DNA from: a virus
Virus record (IMG/VR): IMGVR_UViG_3300036715_002050
Span: 73,416-137,415 of that record
DNA: 64,000 bases
Reading direction: 5' to 3' (one strand)
Under the pieces are notes generated by a model that ran no database searches, was not told where the DNA came from, and saw nothing but the letters and a program-made list of their open reading frames with translations. The position numbers and the translations under genes are program-made. Positions 19,470-29,099 of the stretch are shown piece by piece (positions within the stretch are counted from its first letter, which is position 1; each line of letters starts with the position of its first letter).

Positions 19470-20200
19470 GGGTGTTGTGTAACAAAGCGTGAGCAGCAAA
19501 GTTGCTGGGCTTGTTGTCGAAGCCGGATTCATAATCCACCAGCAACATCAGTCGAAACGTCCAGTTGCGTGAAAAACATAACGGGATTAAGTAGTTAAAA
19601 GGATTAACTCCGTTATGAACTAACTGGGATCGTTGAACGTGGAAGCTGTCCGAGGTGGTTGCAACAAAGCGTGCTGGATTAGAAGAACTCCTGCGGGACT
19701 TCTTGGCGCTTAAGGCATTCACGTGCTAGACACCACCGTCAACGTAATCGTGGGGAACGTTGCCGTACTGCGGTTGGTTATGCTGACCGTAAACCCTTCG
19801 CCCGACGCTTGGACTATGATTGTATCGGGCGCTTTGCATGTAGCTAAAGTCCGACAGCTTTAGCCAGCAAGGTACGGACCGGGCTGAGATTCCCGGTAAT
19901 GTGTTGGACCACGGGAATCCGTGTAATGGAGTGACAATGCCGCCTCCGACGTAAAGCGCTTGAAAGAACGTTTGCGGAAGTACCTTGCTCGGGTAGAGCG
20001 CGTTCTTTCTTTGACCCGGCGCTAACAGTAAAATCGGGCACCACTTGCTTGCTTAATGCCGACACGTTGCGGTACGCTGCGCCTGTACGGAAATAGTTTT
20101 GGTCATGGAGCAGGCCCTTCTACAAAGGAAAAACGCCATGAAGTGACTATAAAGTTGCAAGCAAGGAAAAGTAGTTTGAATAAGTACCGGCCTTGCAAAA
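19470..20200 (+). ncRNA. Large (~730 nt) highly structured ncRNA candidate
   Basis: No credible ORF; more than 10 hairpins, perfect 9-10-bp long-range helices and a pseudoknot; abuts tRNA-Leu. Confidence 0.65.
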
Positions 20201-20207
20201 GGCCCAC

Positions 20208-20289
20208 GCCCGTGTGGTGGAATAGGTAGACACACAAGACTCAAAATCTTGCGTCCTCGGACATGGGGGTTCGATTCCCTCCACGGGCA
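20208..20289 (+). tRNA. tRNA-Leu(CAA), second copy
   Basis: GCCCGTG/CACGGGC, CAAGA-CTCAAAA-TCTTG, long variable arm. Confidence 0.92.
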
Positions 20290-20639
20290 TTTGTTGTACC
20301 CGCAAAAATTACCCACAGGAGACGCACATGAAAGTCGTACAGAAGCAAATCCCCGGAAGCGTCGGCAAGAGAATCGAAGAGTTCAAAGACGGAGACGTTA
20401 TCCGGCACGCGAACAAAGTGCTCACCCAAACCCCCATTCTCAAGAGTTCCCGGACCGAAATGGGCGTGCACCAGCACTTCGGGGTGTGGCTGGATGACGG
20501 GCTGCTGTTTTCTGTCGCGACAATAACGGCGTATCGCTTCGTGCCGGTGATGGGCTCGTTTGTGGAAGAGTAACCCAATCCTTCCCGAAAATTTCAAGGT
20601 GGCGACCAAGTAGAGCCGGGAGGCTGGAACCGCCCGTGT

Positions 20640-20711
20640 GAAGGAAGCTCTTGGAGAGCAAGGGTCAGCGCACAACACCCCTTAGTGATGGTTCGATTCC
20701 ATCCTTCTTTC
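20640..20711 (+). ncRNA. tRNA-like RNA with mini D arm and enlarged anticodon loop
   Basis: GAAGGAAG/CTTCTTTC, CTCT-TGG-AGAG, AAGGG..CCCTT, GATGG-TTCGATT-CCATC. Confidence 0.6.
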
Positions 20712-20747
20712 TTTGTTGTGCAAACAACCCTAGCAACGGAGCCGTCA

Positions 20748-21413
20748 ATGGGTAAGGTGTTGTCGTGGTCAGTCAATAACAAGAAGCTGGCTGGTTTGAA
20801 GACCCACAAGACCATCGGGTTTTCAATCCCAGCACACCAAAACTTCACGGACTCGGCGGGGGCGGTGCAAAACACCTGCCCTAGGGCGGGTGCGTGTGCT
20901 GGTGTGTGCTATGCCAAGCAAGGATTCTTCCTCATGCCCAACGTACGCGACGCCATGGTCAACAACTTGGAGTTGGTGCAATCGCCGCAGTTCGTGGCGG
21001 TGGCTACGTACGACTTGGAAAAGTACAAGCGATTGGGTTACAAAGTCGTGCGTGTGCATACTTCGGGCGACTTCTTCTCTCAAAGCTACTTGGAAGCGTG
21101 GTACGAGATCGCCCGCGCCCATCCTGACTTGCTGTTCTACGCCTACACCAAGCAATTCGCCAAGTTGGATCTGTGGACCACCAAGCCGGGAAACTTCCGG
21201 ATCACGCAATCGGTGGGCGGCAAGGACGATTCCAAGATCGACTTGACCAAGTCTCACGCGCGGATCTTTGCGTCACACTACGCGCGTCGCAAGGCTGGGT
21301 ACGGCAACGGAACCGACTCGGATTTGCTGGTGATTCGTGGCACCACCAAGGTCGGGCTGGTGTACCACGGCAACCGCAACCTGACCGCATCCCAAAAGAA
21401 ATACTTCAAGTAA
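20748..21413 (+). CDS. Phage GP88-like protein (Cys-cluster, radical-SAM-like fold)
   Basis: TCPRAGACAGVCYAKQG...VRVHTSGDFFS..Y..AW..IA...P...FYAYTK. Confidence 0.8.
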   Translation: MGKVLSWSVNNKKLAGLKTHKTIGFSIPAHQNFTDSAGAVQNTCPRAGACAGVCYAKQGFFLMPNVRDAMVNNLELVQSPQFVAVATYDLEKYKRLGYKVVRVHTSGDFFSQSYLEAWYEIARAHPDLLFYAYTKQFAKLDLWTTKPGNFRITQSVGGKDDSKIDLTKSHARIFASHYARRKAGYGNGTDSDLLVIRGTTKVGLVYHGNRNLTASQKKYFK

Positions 21414-21514
21414 ATTATTAACACACCTTACACCCAAGCCAAGCGCCACCGGGCGTCGTCTTCAATGACACTTGGCTTATTGCAGTAAAAGTAGCACAAC
21501 AAAGGAGTACGCAC

Positions 21515-21913
21515 ATGGCTGACAAGAAGATCGTGAACACGCCGTCAGAGTTCTTGGAAACGGTCAAGCAGTTGTTGCTCACAAAGGGGTGGAACAAGGG
21601 GGCCTTCGCGGTCAATGCTGCAGGATTGGAGGTCAACGAGTGCTCCGACCTCGCCGCGCGCTTTTGCTTGCTCGGCGCAATGTCCCGCACGTTCGAAGAC
21701 ATGGACCCCACGGTGAGACATGCGCGGGGTCGTGTCTTGGAGCGGGACGCACAGGTCGCCTTGATGAAAGAGGTCCAAGACATGGGTGCCGCGGGCATCG
21801 CGGAATTCAACGACGACCCAGACACGGACTTGGAAGAAGTCGTGCAAGTGCTCGACCGAGTCATCAACAAGTTGGAACTGCAAGAAGCCAACTTCCAAAT
21901 CACCGACTATTAA
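21515..21913 (+). CDS. DUF6197-like family paralogue 5
   Basis: LLL.KGW.KGA.A....G..V...A.RFCLLGA..R...FNDDPDT..EEV..VLDR.I. Confidence 0.75.
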   Translation: MADKKIVNTPSEFLETVKQLLLTKGWNKGAFAVNAAGLEVNECSDLAARFCLLGAMSRTFEDMDPTVRHARGRVLERDAQVALMKEVQDMGAAGIAEFNDDPDTDLEEVVQVLDRVINKLELQEANFQITDY

Positions 21914-22641
21914 AGCAACGAAAAACCAAGTCCGGCGCGTAACGGCGTGCGTCTTCGATGACACCGGACTTCTCCGCGTAGCGTCGTGTGCTACGCACTT
22001 ATCACATAGGGGGCTATATGACTTTGGCTGACAAAGTAAACAAGAAATTGGACGAACTAGACGCAGCTTTTGATCAAGCAAAAGCAGAATTTCTCCAACC
22101 TTTAGTTGAGCAAGAGTTTGCCCGAGTACAAAAGAAAAACAGGCACATTACGGGCATTTACTTCGGAAATGGTACGTGGCTGTTAGATGTAGACGAAAGC
22201 ATATCGGATGACGACCGATTCCGTCTGTCAGGCAGCTTTTTGCTACGCTCCATACTCTAAAGTGACTAGTGCTCCCAAGTATATGCATCAGTTGATTCTG
22301 TTGTGTGACTTGGCTTGTCAATACTGCGAAAACGTAGGCACTGCGAAAGGTAAATAACAAATGGCTTATAGATCAGTTCTTCCGGAAGACTTGGTGGGTA
22401 AGACTGTCAAGTCGATCAATGCTGAAGCCGTAAACAGCTTGGAGATCACGTTCGAAGATGGGACTAAAGTGACGTTGTGGGCTGAACAGTCCATCTACAC
22501 GCTGTTCGGCAGCATCCCCGGCATTTTTGTTGACGACACCGGCCCAGTGTGATACATCTACACCAACCACGTGGCTGTCGTACGAGCCCAGCCCTTCAAC
22601 CGGCACGTGGTTATTTGTTGTAACTTACACCGGAGGTACAC

Positions 22642-23061
22642 ATGCCCCACGTGCAAAAAGAAATCGTCCCCGGTACGCCCGTACGTGTGTACCGCAACTT
22701 GCACCAGCGTTGTTGGTCGGTGCAAACGTATGTGCGCGGTAAGGGGTGGCGGTTGGCTCGCCACGAATCCGCCCTGTTCATCACCGACGTGACTTACCAC
22801 GTCAACGAACGCATCCGTCAACAGGTCATCGCTAACCGCCACAAAGACATCCACGCTTTTGTGTGCGGCAAGTGGTTGACGGGCGGATCGGGCAATAGCT
22901 TGGATGCATTGGTGGGCCATGCGCGCACGGGACCACGCAACGTGACTTACAACCCCTACAAAGCCGGGCACTTTATGTTTGATGATGGTCCCGCTACGCC
23001 GTTGGCTTGCGCTTGGTTCGCCAACTTGGTTATCGGTTACACAACGTTTGACTTGACGTAA
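22642..23061 (+). CDS. Conserved phage hypothetical protein (YRNLH..CWSV family)
   Basis: VRVYRNLH..CWSV...K.IHAFV.G...VTYNPYK..HF. Confidence 0.7.
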   Translation: MPHVQKEIVPGTPVRVYRNLHQRCWSVQTYVRGKGWRLARHESALFITDVTYHVNERIRQQVIANRHKDIHAFVCGKWLTGGSGNSLDALVGHARTGPRNVTYNPYKAGHFMFDDGPATPLACAWFANLVIGYTTFDLT

Positions 23062-24882
23062 GGAGCTTAACAATGGGTGTCATCGAAGCTTTGTGGACGA
23101 AAGAAGTGACCCGCCGTTTGCGGGAATTTCCCGGCGAGAACGTGATTGATCCCACCCACTACCACAAGACGGTGGATATCACGTTCGGGGCAATCTTTCT
23201 GCATGACTCCGCCATCCGTACGTTGGTTACGGTGGTTTGTGGCTCCGGGTTTACCGTGTCCACAGACGACACCGGAGCCATGGGTAAGCTGAAACTACGC
23301 ATCGAAAACATCGCTCTGCCACCCGAGTCCTACATGCCTTCCGTGTCCGAGCAAGCTTTTGCCATCCTGCACGAGACGTGCGGGGCGCTGGTGGCAGAGC
23401 GCCAAATGATGAACAGCAACACGATGCGGGTGTACTTCAAGGAGAAGTTGTCCATCGACTTGCTGGGCGGCCTCGCAGACAAGTTGGGCAGTCCACGGAG
23501 CTTGGTGGATATCTGCCCCACCAACGAAGCTGGTCCGTGTGTGTACTTCAACCGAATCAATCCCGGCAGCTAACGCAAACCGGCTACACGTGGGGTAAAA
23601 GCCCGCGTAGTCTTCGTCGTACCATTAACAAAGGAGCCCCAAAATGTCTGCACGTAATCCCAATCCCTTTACCGTAGAAAAACCAACCGACATTCCTGAT
23701 GGCGCATATGTCATCATGCGTCCAGAAACCTATTCCACAGATGGCGGTTATCCTGAAGATAGGTGTCATTCTTACGGCTATTGCGGCATCACGGTTTACC
23801 CGGACAAGACTTCGTGGGAAGCCGCTTTGAAGCGAGACGTAGAAAGCAAGCGGGATCCGGTAGGGTTTGTGATGCGTCGAGCGACGACCAGCATCACAGT
23901 GACCGTAAGGGTCGACGTATCGGTTTGATGTTACTCTAACCAAGGACACACACATGGCACGGACTTTGCAGCAAGCTTTGACCGCTTTTGCGGTGGACAA
24001 CCCGGTGTACGGAGTCCGGTCGTACATCGGGCGGGGAATGGGTAGCCGGGAATGCGTTGGGCTGGACACCGACGACGTCATCGGCGCTATCGGTGAGTTC
24101 GGCGCGTGGCTGATTGACACGCAAGTCGACAACGCAGCGGACATCATGCGGCAAGTGGCGGAGGCCCGCTCGGCCTCCATGGGGCTGGGCTACATCTTGT
24201 ACTGGCCGCGCGTCGAGTGGGTGGTGCCGGTGCAACCCGTGCCTTCAGGCTGTGACAATCCGGACTGTACGGGATGCAACTGCGGGGAACCGCAGAGCGT
24301 CCCCATGCCCTCCATGATCCCGGGGCACAGTTGCGGTGACTGTGAAGACGGGTCTTGCGGCATCGGGCGTTGGTGAGACTTGACTGAACCACAGGAACGC
24401 GCTACAGTGCTTGGCGTGGCTGTAGCGCGTTCCTGCGGCTTGGTGTGGTCTTCCCCCACAACAGGAGCTAGCATGCGTTTGACGGCGTTGGAGACGGCGA
24501 TTACGGCGGTTTGGCAGGGTCGTGGCGGTGGGATGGTCCGTATCAAAGGTATCAAGGGTATCAAGCGTTAGCCTCGTACCGCACAAGTAGTCCACTCTTA
24601 CCCAGGAATACCACCATGACGGTAGGCAAGCACCAAAGCGAAGTAGAGTCCGCGTTGTCCTTGGACCACATGCAAACATATGATCTGTTGGCGACCCGAC
24701 GCGACCAGTGGTTGATGCTGGCAAAAGACACGGTCACGTTTTCGCCAGAAAACGCCCACGCCTGCGTCACCAACGCCAACGTGTTGTCCATGATCATGGA
24801 CGAGTTGCAGGACCGTTGGGATGCAGACAAGATGGACCGCACACACGTCGCAAAGTAACACCCACGCACAAAGGAAAACAAC

Positions 24883-25293
24883 ATGTCCCGAGTTTACAAG
24901 AATGACGCCGACCGTGAACTGGCCGTAGCACTCCGCAAGGCCAAGAAGTTGCTGTTGACGCCAGGCAAGTGGTCCAAGGGCGCGTTGGCCCGAAACGCCG
25001 AGGGCGAGCCGCTCAATGGTGTGGCGGGGATCCGTGGTGACAATGCCGCTTCATTTTGCGCCGTTGGCGCAGTGATTCGTTGTGGTGGCAAACGTTCGAT
25101 GAACATCTTGGACGCGGCGGTGTTCTCATACACACGCAACAACGAAAACTACGCGTCTCCTACCGACGACATCATGGCGTTCAACGACGGCATGATCTCG
25201 TCACCCGAAGAACTCATGCCGGTGTTTGACATCGCGCTGGATCTGTTGCGCGCAAAGCCCACCAGCCGATCTTCCACCAAGTCCACCAAGTAA
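24883..25293 (+). CDS. DUF6197-like family paralogue 6
   Basis: AKKLL..PGKW.KGA.ARN..G...A.SFCAVGA..R...FND.....EE...VFD.AL. Confidence 0.75.
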   Translation: MSRVYKNDADRELAVALRKAKKLLLTPGKWSKGALARNAEGEPLNGVAGIRGDNAASFCAVGAVIRCGGKRSMNILDAAVFSYTRNNENYASPTDDIMAFNDGMISSPEELMPVFDIALDLLRAKPTSRSSTKSTK

Positions 25294-26788
25294 GCCCGTT
25301 GTACCACGTAACACCACACAAAGGAGCACCATGAACACCAAAGGTAACCAAGGTAAGGCGAATCGTCAGTCCGATGCCGTACGCAAAGCCCGTCGTGCAG
25401 CCAACAAGGCCCGCCGCTTGCAGAAGATGTGGGACGACCGCCTCGAAACCCAGCGCATCTTGGCGGGCAACTACACGTACGAAGAGTTCCTGCAGCGCAT
25501 GGGTAAGTGACATGGGGCGCTCTAATCAAGCGCCCACCGACGACAACCGCGCTTGGGCTATTGGATTGTGGATTGCCATGACCTTAGCGATGGTTGCGTT
25601 TGTGTTTGGTTACTTTGTTGGCGAATCTCGTGGTACTTTGCGCACCATCGAGCACTTTTCGATGTGTGACTGTAATTCTTTGACGGACGGTGGCTAGTGG
25701 ACATGATTTTTGCGGGGCTAGAAACGCTTATCAAAGCTTTCGTAGCTTTGTTGGTGTTGTCCATGATCAGTCTGTTCGTGGCTGTTTATTTTGCCACCAA
25801 GTTTTACAACGAAGCGCACCCTAACCGCGACGTGATCGTAGAATGCACGTTGCACGCAGACGGCGGCATCGATTGCCGCCACAAGTAACAGGAGGATACA
25901 ATGGAAGAACTGGATGCGGGCGTAGATGCCGGTACACTTTACACCACCGAGCAACAAACAGCAGACGCGGAACAGTCACACCACGACCGCGTAGTCGTGT
26001 CCGAAGCAGCGATGTTCGTGCTCGTGGTGTTCGTGCTGGTTGCGTTGGCGGACAGCTTGACCCGGAAGAAGCCATGACCGCTTTTGTAGGGTTGGCGTTT
26101 TTGACTCTGTGCACTGGGCTGTTGTTGCTCGGCGCTCTGTTTGATGACGGTGACGATTAACCAAGTAATCTTGTAAGAATGTCCAACAATCAACTAAAAC
26201 AGAACCCTAACTATCCGCTATACGTGATCGTGTATGCGCAATCTGCACCCAATCCCGGCTTCTATGTGGTGGTTAATTTGCAAACATTGTTGCCGTCACC
26301 TACACAAGAAATCAATGCAGCGACACAGTGGCGCACCCAAGGGGATGCAGTAGCTTACTTGGCACTTAATCAAGTAGCTATTGGTGCAGCAGAAATCCGT
26401 CCGACTTACCACGTGCCCGCTTACTACTCTTCAATCTTGCCCCAATTGGGGCCCGAATAATCCGGAGCCAAATGACCATGCGACCCTATGGTACCAACGC
26501 TAACGATCCCCACAAACCTTGGCACGGTATAGATGTATGGCGTCAACGTCATAACCAAACGTATCGAGCTATCCGCCACCACGAACGTGTGCGAGCACGA
26601 CAAGCGGGAAAAGCCGAAACGGATTGGTGGTTTGATATCGATATGGTAGCTGAAACAATCTACGAACTGGAAGAAGAAGCTGTACAATACCGCGATGACG
26701 TGTTGCGTTATGAAGCACGGGCGGCAGGGCTGCTTGACTCGTTGGCCGACCCGTGGTAGGCTGCTGTTCGTGGTCGCAGTCGTAGCGC

Positions 26789-26902
26789 CGCGCGATAGTG
26801 TTCGGGGAGACATAAGGTGTGCGCACACTGGAGTCATCTTTACCCCTCAATGGTAGCACACTCCCGGGAGGGAGTAGAATGGGTTCGATTCCCTTTCGCG
26901 GC
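26789..26902 (+). ncRNA. tRNA-like RNA with D-loop hairpin insert and GNRA tetraloop replacing the anticodon loop
   Basis: GCGCGA/TCGCG, TA-GTGT...CAATGGTA-GCAC split by GGGG...CCCC hairpin, ACTCCC-GGGA-GGGAGT, T loop TTCGATT. Confidence 0.6.
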
Positions 26903-26914
26903 TTTTTGTAGCAC

Positions 26915-26985
26915 GCTCTCATAGGTAAAAGGCATACCGCACCCCTTGTAAGGCTGAATTCTCAGTTCGATTCTGGGTGGGAGCT
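26915..26985 (+). tRNA. tRNA-Thr(TGT)
   Basis: GCTCTCA/TGGGAGC, loop CTTGTAA, CTCAG-TTCGATT-CTGGG. Confidence 0.82.
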
Positions 26986-26997
26986 TTGTTGTAATGC

Positions 26998-27067
26998 GGA
27001 CCCGAGGGACGGTTTCTCAGCCGGATCTTATAAGTTTGGTCAGACGGTTCAACTCCGTCCGGGTCTA
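26998..27067 (+). tRNA. tRNA-Ile(TAT)-like with shortened D region
   Basis: GGACCCG/CGGGTCT, CGGAT-CTTATAA-GTTTG, GACGG-TTCAACT-CCGTC. Confidence 0.6.
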
Positions 27068-27493
27068 CTTCCTTAACCGCCGGTTCCCGGCAAAGGCGTA
27101 ACAAATGGGTCAGTCCACAGATGCGATTTTTGGTTATGGTATTTGCTTTGACGCAGAAGAATCTTTCGACTACGATATTGCTGAACGCGTAGAAAAAGAA
27201 TTGGAAGAGTTTGGTGTAGGGTATTGTTCGCACTGTTCTGGCGATTATCCTATGGGTTATTTGTATATTACTTCCACGATCAACAAAGCTTATCGTGGAA
27301 GTCCGGAAACCATCGACGTTATCGAATGCGCCCGTCGCCAAGAAGATTTCCAAGCCCAATGGGACAAGGATCTGTTCAAGGCTTGGGGCGTTGTACGTGC
27401 AGCTTTCCGTGACATGGACGAAGCGCAAGCGGAAGAAGATGACTGTGGCGATGAAGTCGAAGATCCTGACTTCGGCAGCAACACGGATCCACG

Positions 27494-28105
27494 TTGGTTC
27501 ATTTGTTCGGATTGGAACTGATCCCCCAAACCCAAGAAGTTAAACAACTAACACCGGGTCAACCAGTGGATATCAAACCTTTGAAGCAGCAGCATAAGAG
27601 GACGTGCGGACAGACTTGTGTGGCGATGATCGCGGGCGTCACCGAAGAAACCGTGTGCCGAATCTTAGCGCACGAAGCGCAGCGCGAACCTTATCGCGGA
27701 ACAACGACCCACCACGTAATGGTGGCGCTGGGTTGGTTTGAAGAGTCCTATAAGCTGCGACCCAACGAAAGGTCCTTGGACCTTTACCACCGAATCTACA
27801 AGCAGCGGACCGATTTGGTGCCCGAGATTTGTCTGTTGCAGGGGTCGTGGTCTGGTCGTGTACGGCGTACCTGTGAATCGTCCACGTTGATGTCCGGGGT
27901 GTTTAACGCGGGGCGTCATTGGATGTTGCGCGTCGGTGAATCCGTGTACGACCCGGCTACCGGTACCGTACGTCCATGGACCGGCGACGTAATCCAAACC
28001 TTCGTCACGTCTCCCGAACAAAAGATCGGTACCATTACCATCACCCCGGGATTGTCCTATTTCAAGTACCACAACTTTTTGGACTTTACTCGGTCCATGG
28101 AATGA
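27494..28105 (+). CDS. Peptidase C39-like cysteine protease (start uncertain)
   Basis: KQQHKRTCGQTCVAMIAG...GT...HW......VYDP. Confidence 0.6.
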   Translation: MVHLFGLELIPQTQEVKQLTPGQPVDIKPLKQQHKRTCGQTCVAMIAGVTEETVCRILAHEAQREPYRGTTTHHVMVALGWFEESYKLRPNERSLDLYHRIYKQRTDLVPEICLLQGSWSGRVRRTCESSTLMSGVFNAGRHWMLRVGESVYDPATGTVRPWTGDVIQTFVTSPEQKIGTITITPGLSYFKYHNFLDFTRSME

Positions 28106-28793
28106 CACATGCCTATCGTAGAACCTTTTGACAACAAGCAATACTACGCTGCGGTATACGAAAAGAACCGCCGCTACGACCGCTTTGTCCACATGTTCAT
28201 TGCTGAAGCCGCCAAAAACCACACCATCACTTTCGAATCCGTAATGGAGTTTTTTGTGTGTTACTTTGCCGGTTATAAACCATACGTGCGAAATCCCCTG
28301 TCCGCAGAATACATGATTCAATGTGCAATGGAATGGCCCGAAACCATCGCTAAATTCACGGACCATCCGGGTGCGAAGATTTCTCGCACCCGGATTGCCC
28401 AAGAAGCAGAAGTCGCTCAAGCATTTGCTAAGTTACCTACCGAAACTATTTGCTATATGCAATTCACAAAGGAATAACCCATGGAAAAGATTTTGCGGGT
28501 AGTAGACTCCGGCAGCACGATGTTAAACAAACCGTGGCGCCGGGTGTTGATGGCGGAACTGCACCGTGGTTACGCTCTTGTGGGCGTGAACGGGCAGTAC
28601 CAAGGCGACGACGGTAAGTGGTACACCAACCACGGAGACAGCTTCGGTGTGCAAATCGCTCCGTGGCTGGTGGGCGTGCAGCATATGTGGTATGACGGTC
28701 CACATTGCCAACTATCCTTGGGGTTCATCCGGATTGTTTGGTCCGGCAATTACCGCACGGGCGAATGTACCAAGTGCTTGAAGGAGATTCAAG

Positions 28794-29099
28794 GTGACCA
28801 ATAAAACTTTACCGTGCGCTACTTGTCCGCACACCCCACAAGGGAGCGATCATTGCTGTGCCTATGGTTCTTCCTTATCATTTGCTGAAGCTACAGCTAT
28901 TCGGGCAAAGTTTGGTAACCAAGCTGTGCGATGGGACGACGAAGAGTGCGGCTACCGTACTGCTACCAACAACCGTGGCTGTGTTTTGTTGTCTGACTTC
29001 GGTTTATGCACCATTCACTCCGAAAGCTTTTATCCAGAAGTATGCGGAAGATTTCCTGTAGATGCTGGTGATATCACCATTTGTCCGGAGATGCGTTAA
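28794..29099 (+). CDS. YkgJ-family cysteine-cluster protein
   Basis: C..C...CC...C.LL...LCTIH....P.VC..FP. Confidence 0.7.
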   Translation: MTNKTLPCATCPHTPQGSDHCCAYGSSLSFAEATAIRAKFGNQAVRWDDEECGYRTATNNRGCVLLSDFGLCTIHSESFYPEVCGRFPVDAGDITICPEMR

